NCBI GenBank assembly: GCA_030704615.1
Contig: CM060731.1
Coordinates: 4,464,001-4,528,000, forward strand
Direction: 5' to 3'
Source of the DNA: Takakia lepidozioides
Lineage: Eukaryota > Plantae > Bryophyta
DNA length: 64,000 nucleotides
The notes beneath the pieces were generated by a model. That model had not been told where the DNA came from, did no database searches, and was given only the letters and a program-made list of their open reading frames with translations. Positions within the stretch are counted from its first letter, which is position 1. The number at the start of each line of letters is the position of its first letter. Positions 63,936 to 64,000 of the stretch are shown piece after piece. Position numbers and translations under genes: made by a program.

Positions 63936-64000
63936 CTGCAGTTGCAGAAATGCAACATTAAAAGTTACCTCTATAATCTCCACTGACCCCTTACAGGGCT

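Overview
Eukaryotic nuclear DNA from a land plant, most likely a bryophyte (moss-like). This is inferred from spliceosomal introns, PLS-PPR fragments and the TE families present. Two intact host genes sit on the left: a 5-exon GDSL lipase (2598-6342) and a 7-exon SKIP35-like ankyrin gene (12682-17400). A frameshifted WAT1/UMAMIT (EamA) transporter runs off the right end on the minus strand. The middle is a deeply nested TE graveyard. (1) An 11.6-kb non-autonomous CACTA (21031-32651, TSD TTG) splits an LTR-retroelement ORF. It carries a decayed gene of tandem OSB-type PDF ssDNA-binding motifs fused to PLS-PPRs. That gene is itself hit by a MULE carrying a spliced beta-class DNA amino-methyltransferase fragment and by a hAT MITE. 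(2) A complex satellite array hosts MITEs, a tRNA-SINE and a 5'-truncated Dualen/RandI-like LINE with PCIF1/CAPAM-like methyltransferase, RNase H and RLE domains. The LINE is interrupted by a chromoviral Ty3/gypsy. (3) The LINE tail and the SINE family share a covarying three-way-junction RNA with a loop-E motif and a UUCG hairpin. (4) There is also a fungal-effector-like (KP4/Ecp2-like) secreted Cys-rich pseudogene and a mosaic of local segmental duplications. All identifications are by eye; no searches were run.
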